Positions 17,664 to 39,693 of a stretch of 64,000 nt of DNA are shown here, in pieces. Numbering within the stretch: position 1 is the stretch's first letter; the number at the start of each line of letters is the position of its first letter. The position numbers and the translations under genes are program-made. Source of the DNA: Pseudomonadota bacterium (lineage in GTDB: Bacteria > Pseudomonadota > Alphaproteobacteria > Rhodobacterales > Rhodobacteraceae). Under the pieces are notes generated by a model. That model was given only the letters and a program-made list of their open reading frames with translations, was not told where the DNA came from and did no database searches. The stretch lies in NCBI GenBank assembly GCA_038534135.1, contig JBCAXJ010000007.1, positions 57-64,056 of the forward strand, given 5' to 3'.

Positions 17664-18197
17664 ATGCCGAAACGCTGGTATTCCGTCAGTGTCCTTTCGA
17701 ACTTCGAAAAGAAGGTGGCCGAATCGATCCGGGAATCCGTGGCACAGCACGGTCTTGAAGAAGAGATCGAAGAAGTGCTGGTTCCGACCGAAGAGGTGAC
17801 CGAACTCCGACGCGGGAAAAAAGTGCAGGTCGAGCGCCGCTTCATGCCGGGCTATGTGCTGGTGAAGATGGACATGACCGACCGCGCGTATCACCTGATC
17901 AACGACACCAACCGGGTGACAGGGTTCCTCGGGCCTCAAGGCAAACCGACGCCGCTGCGCGACACCGAAGTCGCCCGGATGATCAATCAGGTTGAAGAAG
18001 GCGCCGAGCGTCCACGGCCGATGATCACGTTCGAGATCGGCGAGGAGGTCAACGTGACCGATGGGCCGTTCGAAGGCTTCCAAGGCATGGTCGAAGAAGT
18101 CGACGATGACAACGCCCGCCTGAAGGTGAGCGTCTCGATTTTTGGCCGGGCGACCCCGGTTGAGTTGGAATACGCGCAGGTCGCAAAGGCGGCCTGA
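17664..18197 (+). CDS. nusG: Transcription termination/antitermination factor NusG
   Basis: Trimmed to ATG 17664: MPKRWYSVSVLSNFEKKVAESIRE...KVSVSIFGRATPVELEYAQV, the canonical NGN plus KOW architecture. Confidence 0.93.
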   Translation: MPKRWYSVSVLSNFEKKVAESIRESVAQHGLEEEIEEVLVPTEEVTELRRGKKVQVERRFMPGYVLVKMDMTDRAYHLINDTNRVTGFLGPQGKPTPLRDTEVARMINQVEEGAERPRPMITFEIGEEVNVTDGPFEGFQGMVEEVDDDNARLKVSVSIFGRATPVELEYAQVAKAA

Positions 18198-18309
18198 GGC
18201 GTCACTCGTGGTGGGAGGCGAGGGCAGCGCGCTGTCCGGACCGAACCACCTCCAAGGCAACGCCCGGGGGACGCGTCCCATGGGCACGGATGAGAGAAAG
18301 GGCTGCTAG

Positions 18310-18738
18310 ATGGCCAAGAAAGTTGCCGGGACACTGAAGCTTCAGGTCCCAGCCGGCAAGGCGAACCCGTCGCCGCCGATTGGACCTGCGCTGGGTCAGC
18401 GCGGGATCAACATCATGGAGTTTTGCAAGGCGTTCAACGCGCGGAGCCAGGATCTGGAGCCAGGCGCCCCGTGTCCGACGATCATCACCTACTACGTGGA
18501 CAAGTCGTTCACGATGGAGATCAAGACCCCGCCCGCTTCGCACTTCCTGAAGAAGGCTGCGAAGCTGAGCTCGGGCTCGAAAGCGCCGGGCCGCGATGTT
18601 GCCGGTTCGGTGACCTCGAAGCAGGTTCGTGAGATCGCCGAGGCGAAGATGAAGGACCTGAACGCGAACTCCGTTGAGCAGGCCATGAAGATCATCGCGG
18701 GCTCGGCCCGGTCGATGGGCCTGGAAGTGAAGGGGTAA
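18310..18738 (+). CDS. rplK: 50S ribosomal protein L11
   Basis: [43 protein letters not shown]...; canonical. Confidence 0.97.
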   Translation: MAKKVAGTLKLQVPAGKANPSPPIGPALGQRGINIMEFCKAFNARSQDLEPGAPCPTIITYYVDKSFTMEIKTPPASHFLKKAAKLSSGSKAPGRDVAGSVTSKQVREIAEAKMKDLNANSVEQAMKIIAGSARSMGLEVKG

Positions 18739-18742
18739 GTCG

Positions 18743-19432
18743 ATGGCTGGGAAACGTACAAAGGCCATCAAGGCCGCGACCGAAGGCAAGCAGAACGTCT
18801 CGATCGACGAGGCGGTGAGCCTGGTGAAGTCGAACGCGACGGCGAAGTTCGACGAGACCATCGAGATCGCCATGAACCTTGGCGTTGATCCCCGCCATGC
18901 GGACCAGATGGTGCGCGGTGTGGTGAACCTTCCGAACGGAACCGGCAAGTCGGTTCGCGTTGCGGTGTTCGCGCGCGGTCCGAAGGCGGACGAAGCCAAG
19001 GAAGCTGGTGCAGACATCGTCGGCGCTGAAGATCTGATGGAGACAATCCAGGGCGGCACGATCGATTTTGACCGTTGCATCGCCACGCCTGACATGATGC
19101 CGATCGTTGGCCGTCTGGGCAAGGTGCTGGGCCCACGCAATCTGATGCCGAACCCCAAGGTCGGCACGGTGACAATGGATGTTGCCACCGCCGTGCAGAA
19201 CGCCAAAGGCGGCGAAGTGCAGTTCAAGGTCGAAAAGGCCGGCGTGATCCACGCGGGTGTTGGCAAGGCCAGCTTCGATGAGTCCAAGATCGCGGAGAAC
19301 GTCAAGGCGTTGATCGATGCGGTTCAGAAAGCCAAGCCGTCGGGCGCGAAAGGGACCTACATGAAGAAGGTCTCGATCAGCTCGACAATGGGGCCGGGCA
19401 TTTCGATTTCGGTCGAGAGCCTGAACGCCTGA
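18743..19432 (+). CDS. rplA: 50S ribosomal protein L1
   Basis: 229 aa, ...[20 protein letters not shown]...[10 protein letters not shown]...; canonical. Follows rplK. Confidence 0.97.
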   Translation: MAGKRTKAIKAATEGKQNVSIDEAVSLVKSNATAKFDETIEIAMNLGVDPRHADQMVRGVVNLPNGTGKSVRVAVFARGPKADEAKEAGADIVGAEDLMETIQGGTIDFDRCIATPDMMPIVGRLGKVLGPRNLMPNPKVGTVTMDVATAVQNAKGGEVQFKVEKAGVIHAGVGKASFDESKIAENVKALIDAVQKAKPSGAKGTYMKKVSISSTMGPGISISVESLNA

Positions 19433-19713
19433 ATTTCGCGGGATGGGTTAGCACCCATCCTGCAAGAAGATCCCCGTGTGATGCGGGGTAGCCGATGGGG
19501 CAAATCAGCCTCATCACCGTCCGAGACGGTGGGCGTGTGGGAATTCCCACTGCAAGTCCTGCCATAGACGGGGAAGATGGTTTCGATCTAGCGCCTCTCT
19601 GAGGTGTGCGGTCTTGGCCGGTTCCCGGGACGGAACCAACCGTTGCGGACGCAGCCTGCGCCCGCAGCATGAATGAGCCGGAGGTGTCACACCTCCAAAC
19701 TTGGAGCATGACT
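19433..19713 (+). promoter_or_regulatory. Structured rplJL leader (candidate L10/L12 autoregulatory leader and/or rplA-rplJ attenuator)
   Basis: A 281-nt spacer containing at least four clean hairpins: GGATGGGT-TAGC-ACCCATCC (19441-19460), CCCCG-N7-CGGGG (19472-19488), CACCGTC-CGA-GACGGTG (19514-19530) and GTGGGAATTCCCAC (19537-19550). Confidence 0.4.
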
Positions 19714-20232
19714 GTGGATAGAGCCCAAAAGGAAGCTGTTGTCGGCGAACTCGGCAACATCTTTGCGGACTCTGGCGTGATTGTGGTTGCACAATACGCT
19801 GGCCTATCAGTCGCTGAGATGACGGACCTGCGCAATCGCATGCGTGAAGCAGGCGGTGGGGTCCGTGTCGCCAAGAACAGGCTCGCCAAGATCGCCCTCG
19901 AGGGAAAGCCATGTGCAGACATGGCGCAGTATCTCAACGGGCAAATGGTGCTCGCATTTTCCGAGGACCCCGTCACCGCGGCGAAAGTCGTGGAAGCCTA
20001 TGCCAAGGACAATTCCAAGCTGGAAGTCGTTGGCGGCGCGATGGGCGAGTCGGTGCTGGACCCGGCAGGGGTCAAAGCGGTCGCGGCAATGCCGTCCCGT
20101 GAAGAACTGATCGCGACGATTGTCGGAATGATCGGTGCGCCTGCTGCGAACCTGGCTGCTGCGATCACGGCACCTGCCTCGAACATCGCTGCCTGTCTGG
20201 CTGCGATCGAGGAAAAGGGCGAGGCGGCCTGA
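19714..20232 (+). CDS. rplJ: 50S ribosomal protein L10
   Basis: Track ORF 19606.. trimmed to GTG 19714 (GGAG SD 7 nt upstream; the ATG at 19708 is only 1 nt from the SD). (M)[39 protein letters not shown]... is canonical L10. Confidence 0.9.
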   Translation: MDRAQKEAVVGELGNIFADSGVIVVAQYAGLSVAEMTDLRNRMREAGGGVRVAKNRLAKIALEGKPCADMAQYLNGQMVLAFSEDPVTAAKVVEAYAKDNSKLEVVGGAMGESVLDPAGVKAVAAMPSREELIATIVGMIGAPAANLAAAITAPASNIAACLAAIEEKGEAA

Positions 20233-20310
20233 ACCTGAGAAGCGAATGACGGGCTGGACGCGTGTGATGCGCGCCGGACCCCCACACTGGACAATGAAAC
20301 GGAACCTGAA

Positions 20311-20697
20311 ATGGCTGATGTAAAGAAACTTGCCGAAGAGATCGTGGGCCTGACCCTTCTCGAAGCAGCTGAACTGAAGAACATCCTGAAGGACGATTAC
20401 GGCATCGAGCCGGCAGCCGGCGGCGGCGCTGTCATGATGGCAGCGGCTCCGGGTGCGGACGCTGGTGGCGCACCGGTCGAAGAGAAGACGGAATTCGACG
20501 TGATCCTGCTGGAAGCAGGCGCGAAGAAGATCAACGTCATCAAGGAAGTCCGCGCGATCACCTCGCTGGGCCTGAAGGAAGCCAAGGAACTGGTCGAAGC
20601 TGGCGGCAAGGCCGTCAAGGAAGCCGCGACCAAGGAAGAAGCCGAAGAAATCAAGAAGAAGCTCGAAGAGGCAGGCGCCAAGGTCGAGCTCAAGTGA
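20311..20697 (+). CDS. rplL: 50S ribosomal protein L7/L12
   Basis: [36 protein letters not shown]...[13 protein letters not shown]; canonical. Confidence 0.97.
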   Translation: MADVKKLAEEIVGLTLLEAAELKNILKDDYGIEPAAGGGAVMMAAAPGADAGGAPVEEKTEFDVILLEAGAKKINVIKEVRAITSLGLKEAKELVEAGGKAVKEAATKEEAEEIKKKLEEAGAKVELK

Positions 20698-20781
20698 TTG
20701 GCGGCCGCTGGCCGACAATCATCCCGGGGACGCAGCGATCCGGGATCTTGTTTGGCGGCGGACAGCGCTGAAGATACGGCT

Positions 20782-20803
20782 GGACCCGGAGAAATCCGGG
20801 TCC
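20782..20803 (+). promoter_or_regulatory. Perfect GAAA-capped hairpin in the rplL-rpoB spacer (candidate attenuator or processing site)
   Basis: GGACCCGGA-GAAA-TCCGGGTCC, a 9-bp perfect stem with no downstream U-tract. Confidence 0.35.
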
Positions 20804-20986
20804 GGCCCGCTTCGTCTCAGGGACCCGCATCGCGGATCTCTCAGACGGCGCGGATCAGGTCCGGGAAGCATCCACGAGGGGTCGGGGATGTTCGTATTGG
20901 GCCAACCGAGTTGAGGCAAGCAGGGCAAGAGGCCGCCGCGCACCCGGTGTCGGCCGCTCTGCATTGACATTCGAGGACACGCACGC

Positions 20987-25087
<4,101 letters not shown>

Positions 25088-25176
25088 CCCATCCCGGCCC
25101 CTGACCGCGCCAGCCCCCCTTGCGCGCGGTCTGCCGGGGTGATCTAGATCAACCGGGGGATGATGGAGACCTGATT

Positions 25177-29451
<4,275 letters not shown>

Positions 29452-29472
29452 CGATCCGCTTCTGCAGACAGA

Positions 29473-29512
29473 CATGTGCGCCCGGGCCAGAGTGCTCGGG
29501 CGCATGCGTTTG
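29473..29512 (+). terminator. Candidate terminator after rpoC
   Basis: CATGTGCGCCCGG...CTCGGGCGCATG, a stem with one bulge, followed by CGTTTG (weak U-tract), 22 nt after the rpoC stop. Confidence 0.4.
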
Positions 29513-29637
29513 AGCGAGTCGCCGAGTGGCGGGTTTAAGGATTCAGCCCTCCTTAACCATGGATCACGAGGATGCACTGCGCGCGCTGAGCTTTGTCGAT
29601 GGCGCGTCGAAAACTGGCTCACACAGCGGCTGAACTC

Positions 29638-30141
29638 ATGACCCGTCCAATAACACGATCTCTTCTGGTGATGCTCGGCGTGATCGCGTTCACAGGTGTC
29701 TTGCCGGTGCAGGCCAAAGATCCTGTTCCTGCAGATCCATGGGAGGTTATTCATGTGGCCAGGGAACTGGGTGACGCCGAGGTTCGGCGCGATACCCTGC
29801 GCGATCCCTTGATCGTCGCCAGATCGGGGAGCCTGCCCTACCATATTGCGTTCTACGGGTGCCATCTGGGTCGGGACTGCGAAACGCTGTTGTTTCAGGC
29901 ACGACTGCGCGATCCACGCTGGGAGCGCGATCCACCGAAACCGACCGACATGGATGCCTGGAACGCGACGAAAGTCTATGGACGCGCGGTCTTGACCGAC
30001 TCTGGCCATGCGGTGCTCGAGCATCCGGTTGCCATGCATGGCGGGATTCCGAAAGAAACTCTATCAGCGACATTTGAAGCCTGGCGCGACGCGCTCGAAG
30101 ACTTCTCGGATCATATTGATTTTGAACGACAATCGCGGTGA
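29638..30141 (+). CDS. Secreted YbjN-like (putative sensory-transduction-regulator fold) protein
   Basis: Track ORF starts at TTG 29593; the ATG at 29638 gives a signal peptide MTRPITRSLLVMLGVIAFTGVLPVQA. The body (YHIAFYGCHLGRDCETLLFQARL...MDAWNATKVYGRAVLTDSGHAVLEHPVAMHGGI) matches my memory of YbjN-family conservation, including the C..C pair and WN motif. Confidence 0.5.
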   Translation: MTRPITRSLLVMLGVIAFTGVLPVQAKDPVPADPWEVIHVARELGDAEVRRDTLRDPLIVARSGSLPYHIAFYGCHLGRDCETLLFQARLRDPRWERDPPKPTDMDAWNATKVYGRAVLTDSGHAVLEHPVAMHGGIPKETLSATFEAWRDALEDFSDHIDFERQSR

Positions 30142-30175
30142 CTGGCTAGACACCCGCCATCGCAGAATTTCGTCC

Positions 30176-30204
30176 TTGACCGCCTATGGGCGCGTGAGTA
30201 TGTT
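30176..30204 (+). promoter_or_regulatory. Candidate sigma70-type promoter of the str operon
   Basis: TTGACC (30176-30181), 17-nt spacer, TATGTT (30199-30204), about 190 nt upstream of rpsL. Motif match only. Confidence 0.4.
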
Positions 30205-30397
30205 CCGCGCGCCGATGACGACGAAGCGACTCGTCTTATCATCGCGCTGACAGGTTAGCCTGACAGAACATCGCTGAATGACCCGGTCTTGGCCTGGTCC
30301 TCTTCCACGCACCGCTCTTCCCCTGTGGATCGGCGGCGAAAGGCACTTTCCATTTCGGAGAGTGTAGCTCGACGAGATGAACGAAGGATAGGCGCGT

Positions 30398-30769
30398 ATG
30401 CCGACGATCCAGCAGCTGATCCGGAAACCCCGGCAGCCCAAAGTGAAGCGACAGAAAGCCATGCACCTGCAGGCCTGTCCGCAGAAGCGCGGCGTGTGCA
30501 CGCGTGTCTACACGACGACCCCGAAGAAGCCGAACTCGGCGCTGCGCAAGGTTGCGAAGGTGCGCCTGACGAACGGTTTCGAGGTCATCAGCTACATCCC
30601 CGGTGAGGGTCACAACCTCCAGGAACACTCGGTGGTTCTGATTCGCGGCGGCCGTGTGAAGGATCTTCCGGGTGTTCGCTACCACATCCTGCGCGGTGTG
30701 CTCGATACCCAGGGTGTCAAGGACCGCAAGCAGCGCCGTTCGAAGTACGGTGCCAAGCGCCCCAAATAA
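30398..30769 (+). CDS. rpsL: 30S ribosomal protein S12
   Basis: [20 protein letters not shown]...[26 protein letters not shown]; canonical. Confidence 0.98.
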   Translation: MPTIQQLIRKPRQPKVKRQKAMHLQACPQKRGVCTRVYTTTPKKPNSALRKVAKVRLTNGFEVISYIPGEGHNLQEHSVVLIRGGRVKDLPGVRYHILRGVLDTQGVKDRKQRRSKYGAKRPK

Positions 30770-30781
30770 GGAGAAGCGGAG

Positions 30782-31252
30782 ATGTCACGCCGCCATCAGG
30801 CCGAAAAGCGCGAAGTCCTGCCAGATCCGAAGTTTGGCGACCGCGTTCTGTCGAAGTTCATGAACAACCTCATGTACAACGGCAAGAAATCCGTTGCCGA
30901 ACGCATCGTCTATGGTGCCATGGGCCGCGTCGAGGAGCGCATGAAGCGCGAGCCGGTCGAAGTGTTCCATGAAGCGCTGGACAACATCAAGCCGTCGGTC
31001 GAAGTGCGCTCCCGCCGCGTTGGTGGTGCTACGTATCAGGTGCCTGTCGAAGTGCGCCCAGAGCGCCGCGAGGCACTTGCCATCCGTTGGCTGATCAACG
31101 CATCGCGTGCGCGGAATGAGAATACGATGGAGGAGCGTTTGGCGGGAGAGGTTCTCGACGCCGCCAACAACCGAGGCACCGCCGTCAAGAAGCGGGAAGA
31201 CACGCACAAGATGGCAGAGGCCAACAAGGCCTTCAGCCACTACCGATGGTAA
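30782..31252 (+). CDS. rpsG: 30S ribosomal protein S7
   Basis: [44 protein letters not shown]; canonical. Confidence 0.98.
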   Translation: MSRRHQAEKREVLPDPKFGDRVLSKFMNNLMYNGKKSVAERIVYGAMGRVEERMKREPVEVFHEALDNIKPSVEVRSRRVGGATYQVPVEVRPERREALAIRWLINASRARNENTMEERLAGEVLDAANNRGTAVKKREDTHKMAEANKAFSHYRW

Positions 31253-31279
31253 GACAAGCCCAAGTCTGAGGACGAACAG

Positions 31280-33397
<2,118 letters not shown>

Positions 33398-33461
33398 TCG
33401 GGACCAATGGAATACCGGGCAGATTTGACGCGCCCCGGACAAGACGAAGAAGGAGGCCACC

Positions 33462-34637
<1,176 letters not shown>

Positions 34638-34648
34638 CGCTCATGGTT

Positions 34649-34686
34649 CGGCCGGGAAGGTGATTTCCCGGCCGTATCGTTTTTTG
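34649..34686 (+). terminator. Intrinsic terminator/attenuator between tuf and rpsJ
   Basis: CGGCCGGGAA-GGTGAT-TTCCCGGCCG, a 10-bp perfect stem, then TATCGTTTTTT. Starts 12 nt after the tuf stop, and the U-tract ends 21 nt before the rpsJ ATG. Confidence 0.65.
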
Positions 34687-34706
34687 CAGAGCCGGAGAGG
34701 CAGGAC

Positions 34707-35015
34707 ATGCAAGGTCAAAACATACGCATTCGGCTCAAGGCCTTCGATCACCGCGTACTGGATGCCAGCACGCAGGAGATCGTGAACACGGCCAAACGCA
34801 CGGGCGCCGAGGTACGCGGGCCGATCCCGCTGCCGAACAAGATTGAAAAATTCACGGTCCTTCGGGGCCCGCACATCGACAAAAAGAGCCGGGAACAGTT
34901 CGAGATCCGGACGCACAAGCGTCTTCTGGACATCGTCGACCCGACTCCGCAGACGGTTGACGCTTTGATGAAGCTCGACCTGGCTGCGGGCGTCGATGTC
35001 GAGATTAAGCTCTGA
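34707..35015 (+). CDS. rpsJ: 30S ribosomal protein S10
   Basis: [43 protein letters not shown]; canonical. Confidence 0.98.
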   Translation: MQGQNIRIRLKAFDHRVLDASTQEIVNTAKRTGAEVRGPIPLPNKIEKFTVLRGPHIDKKSREQFEIRTHKRLLDIVDPTPQTVDALMKLDLAAGVDVEIKL

Positions 35016-35025
35016 GGAGGGCGTC

Positions 35026-35760
35026 ATGCGCTCAGGAGTCATTGCAAAGAAGATCGGGATGACCCGGCTCTTCATGGAGAATGGTCGGCAGATCCCTGTC
35101 ACCGTGCTCCAGATGGCAGGTTGCCAGGTCGTCGCTCAGCGGACATCCGACAAGGACGGGTATACCGCCGTCCAGCTCGGCGTTGGCGATGCCAAGGCAA
35201 AGAACGTGAACGGTCCGATGCGTGGTCATTTCGCCAAGGCGAACGTCGCACCGAAGCGCAAGCTGACCGAGTTCCGGGTGTCCGAGGACAATCTGATCGA
35301 GGTCGGCGCCGAGCTTTCGGCGGACCACTTCATTGCCGGCCAGAAAGTCGATGTGGCAGGAACGTCGGTCGGTAAGGGCTTTGCGGGCGCCATGAAGCGC
35401 CACAACTTTGGCGGTCTACGCGCCTCGCACGGTGTCTCGATCAGCCACCGTTCGCACGGTTCGACAGGTCAGTGTCAGGACCCTGGCCGCGTGTTTAAGG
35501 GCAAGAAGATGGCCGGTCACATGGGTGCCGCGCGGGTCACTGTGCAGAACCTCGAGATCGTCAAAACCGACGCCGATCGCGGCTTGCTCATGATCAAGGG
35601 CGCTGTTCCTGGATCGAAGGGTGGTTGGGTTACGGTGTGCGATGCCGTCAAGGTCGCCGCACCCGATGGTCTTCCGACCCCGGCTGCAATCCGCGCGGCG
35701 GCAGAGGCTGTTGCTGCAGCTCCGGTGGAAGACGTTCCCGCCGAGGGAGGTGAGGAATGA
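35026..35760 (+). CDS. rplC: 50S ribosomal protein L3
   Basis: Trimmed to ATG 35026: [16 protein letters not shown]...; canonical, with an Ala/Pro-rich C-terminal tail. Confidence 0.96.
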   Translation: MRSGVIAKKIGMTRLFMENGRQIPVTVLQMAGCQVVAQRTSDKDGYTAVQLGVGDAKAKNVNGPMRGHFAKANVAPKRKLTEFRVSEDNLIEVGAELSADHFIAGQKVDVAGTSVGKGFAGAMKRHNFGGLRASHGVSISHRSHGSTGQCQDPGRVFKGKKMAGHMGAARVTVQNLEIVKTDADRGLLMIKGAVPGSKGGWVTVCDAVKVAAPDGLPTPAAIRAAAEAVAAAPVEDVPAEGGEE

Positions 35761-36377
35761 AGACCGACGTAACGACGCTGGACGCTGCGGCAGCCGGTGA
35801 CATCGAACTCGCCGAGGCGATCTTCGGGGTCGAGCCGCGGGCGGACATCCTGCACCGGGTCGTGCGCTGGCAGCGCGCCAAGAAGCAGGCTGGCACGCAC
35901 AAGACCAAGAGCCGGGGCGAGACTGCATATTCGACCAAGAAGATCTATCGTCAGAAGGGTACTGGCGGCGCCCGTCACGGGGATCGCGGCGTTGCTCAGT
36001 TCCGCAAGGGCGGCACAGCGAAGGGCCCGGTCGTTCGCAGCCATGCGCATGATCTGCCGAAGAAGGTGCGCGCACTGGGTCTTAAGATGGCGCTGAGCGC
36101 GAAGGCAAAGGCAGGCGAACTGGTCGTGATCGATCAGGCGTCGATGGATGCGCCGAAGACCAAGGCCCTTGCCGAGAAGACCTCGAAGCTGGGCTGGTCG
36201 AAGGCACTGGTGATCGATGGGGCCGAGCTCGATGCGAACTTTGCGCGTGCGGCGCAGAACATCGACGGCCTGGACGTCCTGCCGTCGCAGGGTGCGAACG
36301 TCTACGACATTCTGAACCACAAGACACTGGTCCTGACAAAGGCGGGTGTCGAGGCTCTGGAGGCACGGCTGTCATGA
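35757..36377 (+). CDS. rplD: 50S ribosomal protein L4
   Basis: 206 aa. ATGA overlap with rplC. ...[21 protein letters not shown]...GGARHG; canonical. Confidence 0.96.
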   Translation: MKTDVTTLDAAAAGDIELAEAIFGVEPRADILHRVVRWQRAKKQAGTHKTKSRGETAYSTKKIYRQKGTGGARHGDRGVAQFRKGGTAKGPVVRSHAHDLPKKVRALGLKMALSAKAKAGELVVIDQASMDAPKTKALAEKTSKLGWSKALVIDGAELDANFARAAQNIDGLDVLPSQGANVYDILNHKTLVLTKAGVEALEARLS

Positions 36378-36670
36378 CCGCCAAGGCTGATCTCTACGAC
36401 GTGATCCGCAAGCCGGTGATCACGGAAAAGGCGACGATGACATCCGAGGCCAATGGTCTGGTCTTTGAAGTGCACATCGACGCGAACAAACCGCTGATCA
36501 AGGAAGCGGTCGAGACGCTGTTCAATGTCAAGGTGAAGGCCGTGAACACGACCGTCACCAAGGGCAAGAGCAAGCGGTTCCGTGGACGCCCCGGCGTCCG
36601 CAAGGACGTGAAGAAAGCCTATGTGACCCTGGAAGAGGGCCACATGATCGACGTGACCACGGGCCTCTGA
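36374..36670 (+). CDS. rplW: 50S ribosomal protein L23
   Basis: 98 aa, [19 protein letters not shown]...[24 protein letters not shown]; canonical. Confidence 0.96.
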   Translation: MTAKADLYDVIRKPVITEKATMTSEANGLVFEVHIDANKPLIKEAVETLFNVKVKAVNTTVTKGKSKRFRGRPGVRKDVKKAYVTLEEGHMIDVTTGL

Positions 36671-36710
36671 GGCGCGGGTCGGTAACTGAAAGCAGACGGA
36701 AGACAGCAAG

Positions 36711-37544
36711 ATGGCGTTGAAAACATACAACCCAACGACGCCGGGCCAGCGTGGGCTGGTTCTGATCGACCGTTCGGAGCTTTGGAAGGGTCGCCCAGTC
36801 AAACGCCTCACGCAGGGTTTGACGAAATCGGGCGGCCGGAACAACACCGGACGGATCACCTCGCGCAGGCGAGGCGGCGGAGCGAAGCGGCTTTATCGCA
36901 TCGTGGACTTCAAGCGGCGGAAACAGGACATTCCGGCGACGGTCCAGCGCATTGAATACGATCCCAACCGGACCGCTTTCATCGCGTTGATCCAGTATCG
37001 CGATGGCGAGCAGGCCTATATCCTGGCGCCGCAGCGTCTCGGCATCGGTGACACGGTCGTCTCCGGCGGTCGCGTCGACATCAAGCCGGGCAACGCGATG
37101 CCGTTCACCGGAATGCCGATCGGGACGATCGTTCACAACATCGAGCTGAAGCCGGGCAAAGGCGGGCAGATCGCACGGTCTGCCGGCACCTATGCTCAGT
37201 TCGTTGGGCGCGATGGTGGTTACGCGCAGATCCGCCTCAGCTCGGGCGAGCTTCGCCTGGTGCGGCAAGAGTGCATGGCGACGGTCGGTGCGGTGTCGAA
37301 CCCGGATCACTCGAACCAGAATTTCGGGAAAGCGGGCCGTATCCGTCACAAGGGCAAGCGGCCTTCGGTCCGCGGCGTCGTCATGAACCCGATCGATCAC
37401 CCGCACGGCGGTGGTGAAGGCCGGACTTCGGGCGGCCGTCACCCGGTCACGCCATGGGGCAAGCCGACGAAAGGCCATCGCACCCGGTCGAACAAGACGA
37501 CCGACAAGTACATCCTGCGCTCGCGCCACGCGCGGAAGAAATAA
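36711..37544 (+). CDS. rplB: 50S ribosomal protein L2
   Basis: 277 aa, [15 protein letters not shown]...[26 protein letters not shown]; canonical. Confidence 0.98.
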   Translation: MALKTYNPTTPGQRGLVLIDRSELWKGRPVKRLTQGLTKSGGRNNTGRITSRRRGGGAKRLYRIVDFKRRKQDIPATVQRIEYDPNRTAFIALIQYRDGEQAYILAPQRLGIGDTVVSGGRVDIKPGNAMPFTGMPIGTIVHNIELKPGKGGQIARSAGTYAQFVGRDGGYAQIRLSSGELRLVRQECMATVGAVSNPDHSNQNFGKAGRIRHKGKRPSVRGVVMNPIDHPHGGGEGRTSGGRHPVTPWGKPTKGHRTRSNKTTDKYILRSRHARKK

Positions 37545-37557
37545 GGGGACGACGTAA

Positions 37558-37836
37558 ATGCCACGTTCCGTCTGGAAGGGTCCGTTTGTCGACTCCTACC
37601 TGTTGAAGAAAGCCGAGAAGGTTCGCGAGTCGGGCCGCAACGAGGTCATCAAGATCTGGTCGCGCCGCTCCACGATCCTGCCTCAGTTCGTTGGCCTGAC
37701 CTTTGGGGTCTATAACGGCCGTAAGCATATTCCGGTCAACGTGTCTGAAGACATGATCGGCCACAAGTTCGGTGAGTTTTCGCCGACCCGTACTTATTAC
37801 GGGCACGCGGCCGACAAAAAAGCGAAGCGGAAGTAA
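37558..37836 (+). CDS. rpsS: 30S ribosomal protein S19
   Basis: [21 protein letters not shown]...[16 protein letters not shown]; canonical. Confidence 0.98.
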   Translation: MPRSVWKGPFVDSYLLKKAEKVRESGRNEVIKIWSRRSTILPQFVGLTFGVYNGRKHIPVNVSEDMIGHKFGEFSPTRTYYGHAADKKAKRK

Positions 37837-37839
37837 GCC

Positions 37840-38220
37840 ATGGGCAAGGAAAAGAACCCGCGCCGCGCCGCAGAGAACGAAGCGATTGCGACGCTGCGGA
37901 TGCTGAAGACCAGCCCGCAGAAGCTGAACCTGGTCGCTGGCATGATCCGTGGAAAGCCGGTCGATAAGGCGCTGACCGCGCTGACCTTCTCGAAGAAGCG
38001 CATCGCAATCGACGTGAAGAAGACGCTGGAATCGGCGATCGCGAATGCCGAGAACAACCATGGCCTGGACGTTGACGAACTGGTCGTGGCCGAGGCTTAC
38101 GTCGGCAAGAACCTGGTCATGAAGCGCGGTCGTCCGCGGGCCCGTGGCCGGTTTGGGCGGATCATGAAGCCATTCAGCCAGATCACGATCAAGGTGCGTC
38201 AGGTAGAGGAGCAGGCCTGA
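37840..38220 (+). CDS. rplV: 50S ribosomal protein L22
   Basis: 126 aa, ...[27 protein letters not shown]; canonical. Confidence 0.96.
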   Translation: MGKEKNPRRAAENEAIATLRMLKTSPQKLNLVAGMIRGKPVDKALTALTFSKKRIAIDVKKTLESAIANAENNHGLDVDELVVAEAYVGKNLVMKRGRPRARGRFGRIMKPFSQITIKVRQVEEQA

Positions 38221-38954
38221 TGGGTCATAAAGTCAATCCAGTCGGTCTGCGCGTTCAGATCAACCGTACCTGGGACAGCCGCTGGTACGCCAACACCCGC
38301 GAATACGGCGATCTGTTGCACGAGGATCTGAAGATCCGCGCCTTCATCAAGGACGAGTGCAAGCAGGCAGGCATCAGCCGCGTGATCATCGAGCGTCCGC
38401 ACCGCAAGTGCCGCGTGACGATCTACACGGCGCGTCCGGGCGTGATCATCGGCAAGAAGGGCGCCGATATCGAGAACCTGCGCAAGAAGGTCGCCAACCT
38501 GACGGACTCGGAACTGCACCTGAACATCGTCGAGGTGCGCCGCCCCGAGATCGACGCTCAGTTGGTTGCCGAGAACATTTGCCAGCAGCTAGAACGTCGT
38601 GTCTCGTTCCGTCGCGCCATGAAGCGCGCCGTTCAGAACGCGATGCGCATGGGCGCCCAGGGGATCCGGGTCAACTGTGCCGGTCGCCTCGGCGGCGCCG
38701 AGATCGCGCGTACCGAATGGTATCGCGAGGGCCGGGTGCCGCTGCACACGCTGCGCGCGGACATCGACTACGCGCACTCGGAAGGTCTGACCGCCTATGG
38801 GATCATCGGCGTCAAGGTCTGGATCTTCAAAGGCGAGATCATGGAACACGACCCGGCGGCACGGGATCGCCGTCAGTCGGAAATGCAGGAAGGCGCCTCG
38901 GGTGGCGGCCGTCCGGGTGGCCGCGGGGACCGCGACCGTCCTGGCGCACGCTGA
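38220..38954 (+). CDS. rpsC: 30S ribosomal protein S3
   Basis: [24 protein letters not shown]...; canonical, with the Arg/Gly-rich C-terminal tail common in alphaproteobacteria. Confidence 0.97.
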   Translation: MGHKVNPVGLRVQINRTWDSRWYANTREYGDLLHEDLKIRAFIKDECKQAGISRVIIERPHRKCRVTIYTARPGVIIGKKGADIENLRKKVANLTDSELHLNIVEVRRPEIDAQLVAENICQQLERRVSFRRAMKRAVQNAMRMGAQGIRVNCAGRLGGAEIARTEWYREGRVPLHTLRADIDYAHSEGLTAYGIIGVKVWIFKGEIMEHDPAARDRRQSEMQEGASGGGRPGGRGDRDRPGAR

Positions 38955-39035
38955 GGCGACGCCCTTTAACCGTCGCGCATCTCGACGCCACGCCTGACAC
39001 GGCTGCACCGGGGTGTGTTCTAGGAGGACTGAGAC

Positions 39036-39449
39036 ATGCTGTCTCCGAAGCGTACGAAATTCCGCAAGCTCCACAAGGGCCGGATCAAGGGTGAAGCCAA
39101 GGGCGGGACCGCTCTGAACTTCGGCTCGTTTGGACTGAAGTCTATCGAGCCCGAGCGGATCACCGCGCGCCAGATCGAAAGCGCCCGCCGTGCCATGGTG
39201 CGTCACATGAAACGCCAGGGCCGGTACTGGATCCGCATCTTCCCGGACACCCCGGTCACCCAGAAGCCGACCGAGGTTCGTATGGGTAAAGGTAAGGGTT
39301 CGGTCGAGTACTGGGCAGCCAAAGTGAAGCCGGGCCGTGTGATGTTCGAACTGGACGGTGTGTCCGAGTCGATTGCTCGCGAGGCTCTGCGCCTCGCTGC
39401 GATGAAACTGCCGGTGAAAACCCGCATCGTCGCGCGCGAAGACTGGTAA
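39036..39449 (+). CDS. rplP: 50S ribosomal protein L16
   Basis: [25 protein letters not shown]...; canonical. Confidence 0.98.
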   Translation: MLSPKRTKFRKLHKGRIKGEAKGGTALNFGSFGLKSIEPERITARQIESARRAMVRHMKRQGRYWIRIFPDTPVTQKPTEVRMGKGKGSVEYWAAKVKPGRVMFELDGVSESIAREALRLAAMKLPVKTRIVAREDW

Positions 39450-39456
39450 GACTGGT

Positions 39457-39693
39457 ATGACAGCCGCGGCGCCCCGCTTTGCGATGGTTGACATTGTCAA
39501 GTGGGTCGCGACGGCCATCCAGCTGGTCGGTTACGGCCTGACGGGCCTGAATGTCGTCCCCTGGAACGTTTATGCTTTTGTTGTGGGGATCGTGCTCTGG
39601 TTTTCGGTGGGCGTGATGTGGAAAGACCGCGCTATCATGGTGGTCCATGTTGGCGCCTTCATTTCTCTGGTTGGCGGTTATCTGAACAGCTAG
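39457..39693 (+). CDS. Small hydrophobic protein (about 3 predicted TM helices) inserted between rplP and rpmC
   Basis: 78-codon ORF starting 7 nt after the rplP stop (alternative ATG at 39484). Three hydrophobic stretches: IVKWVATAIQLVGYGLTGL, WNVYAFVVGIVLWFSVGVMW, AIMVVHVGAFISLVGGYL. No family confidently recognised. Coding status is inferred from ORF length, hydrophobic periodicity and position only. Confidence 0.45.
   Translation: MTAAAPRFAMVDIVKWVATAIQLVGYGLTGLNVVPWNVYAFVVGIVLWFSVGVMWKDRAIMVVHVGAFISLVGGYLNS

Noticed and set aside
18202-19305. 367-aa ORF antisense to rplK/rplA
   Set aside because: A shadow ORF opposite canonical ribosomal protein genes.
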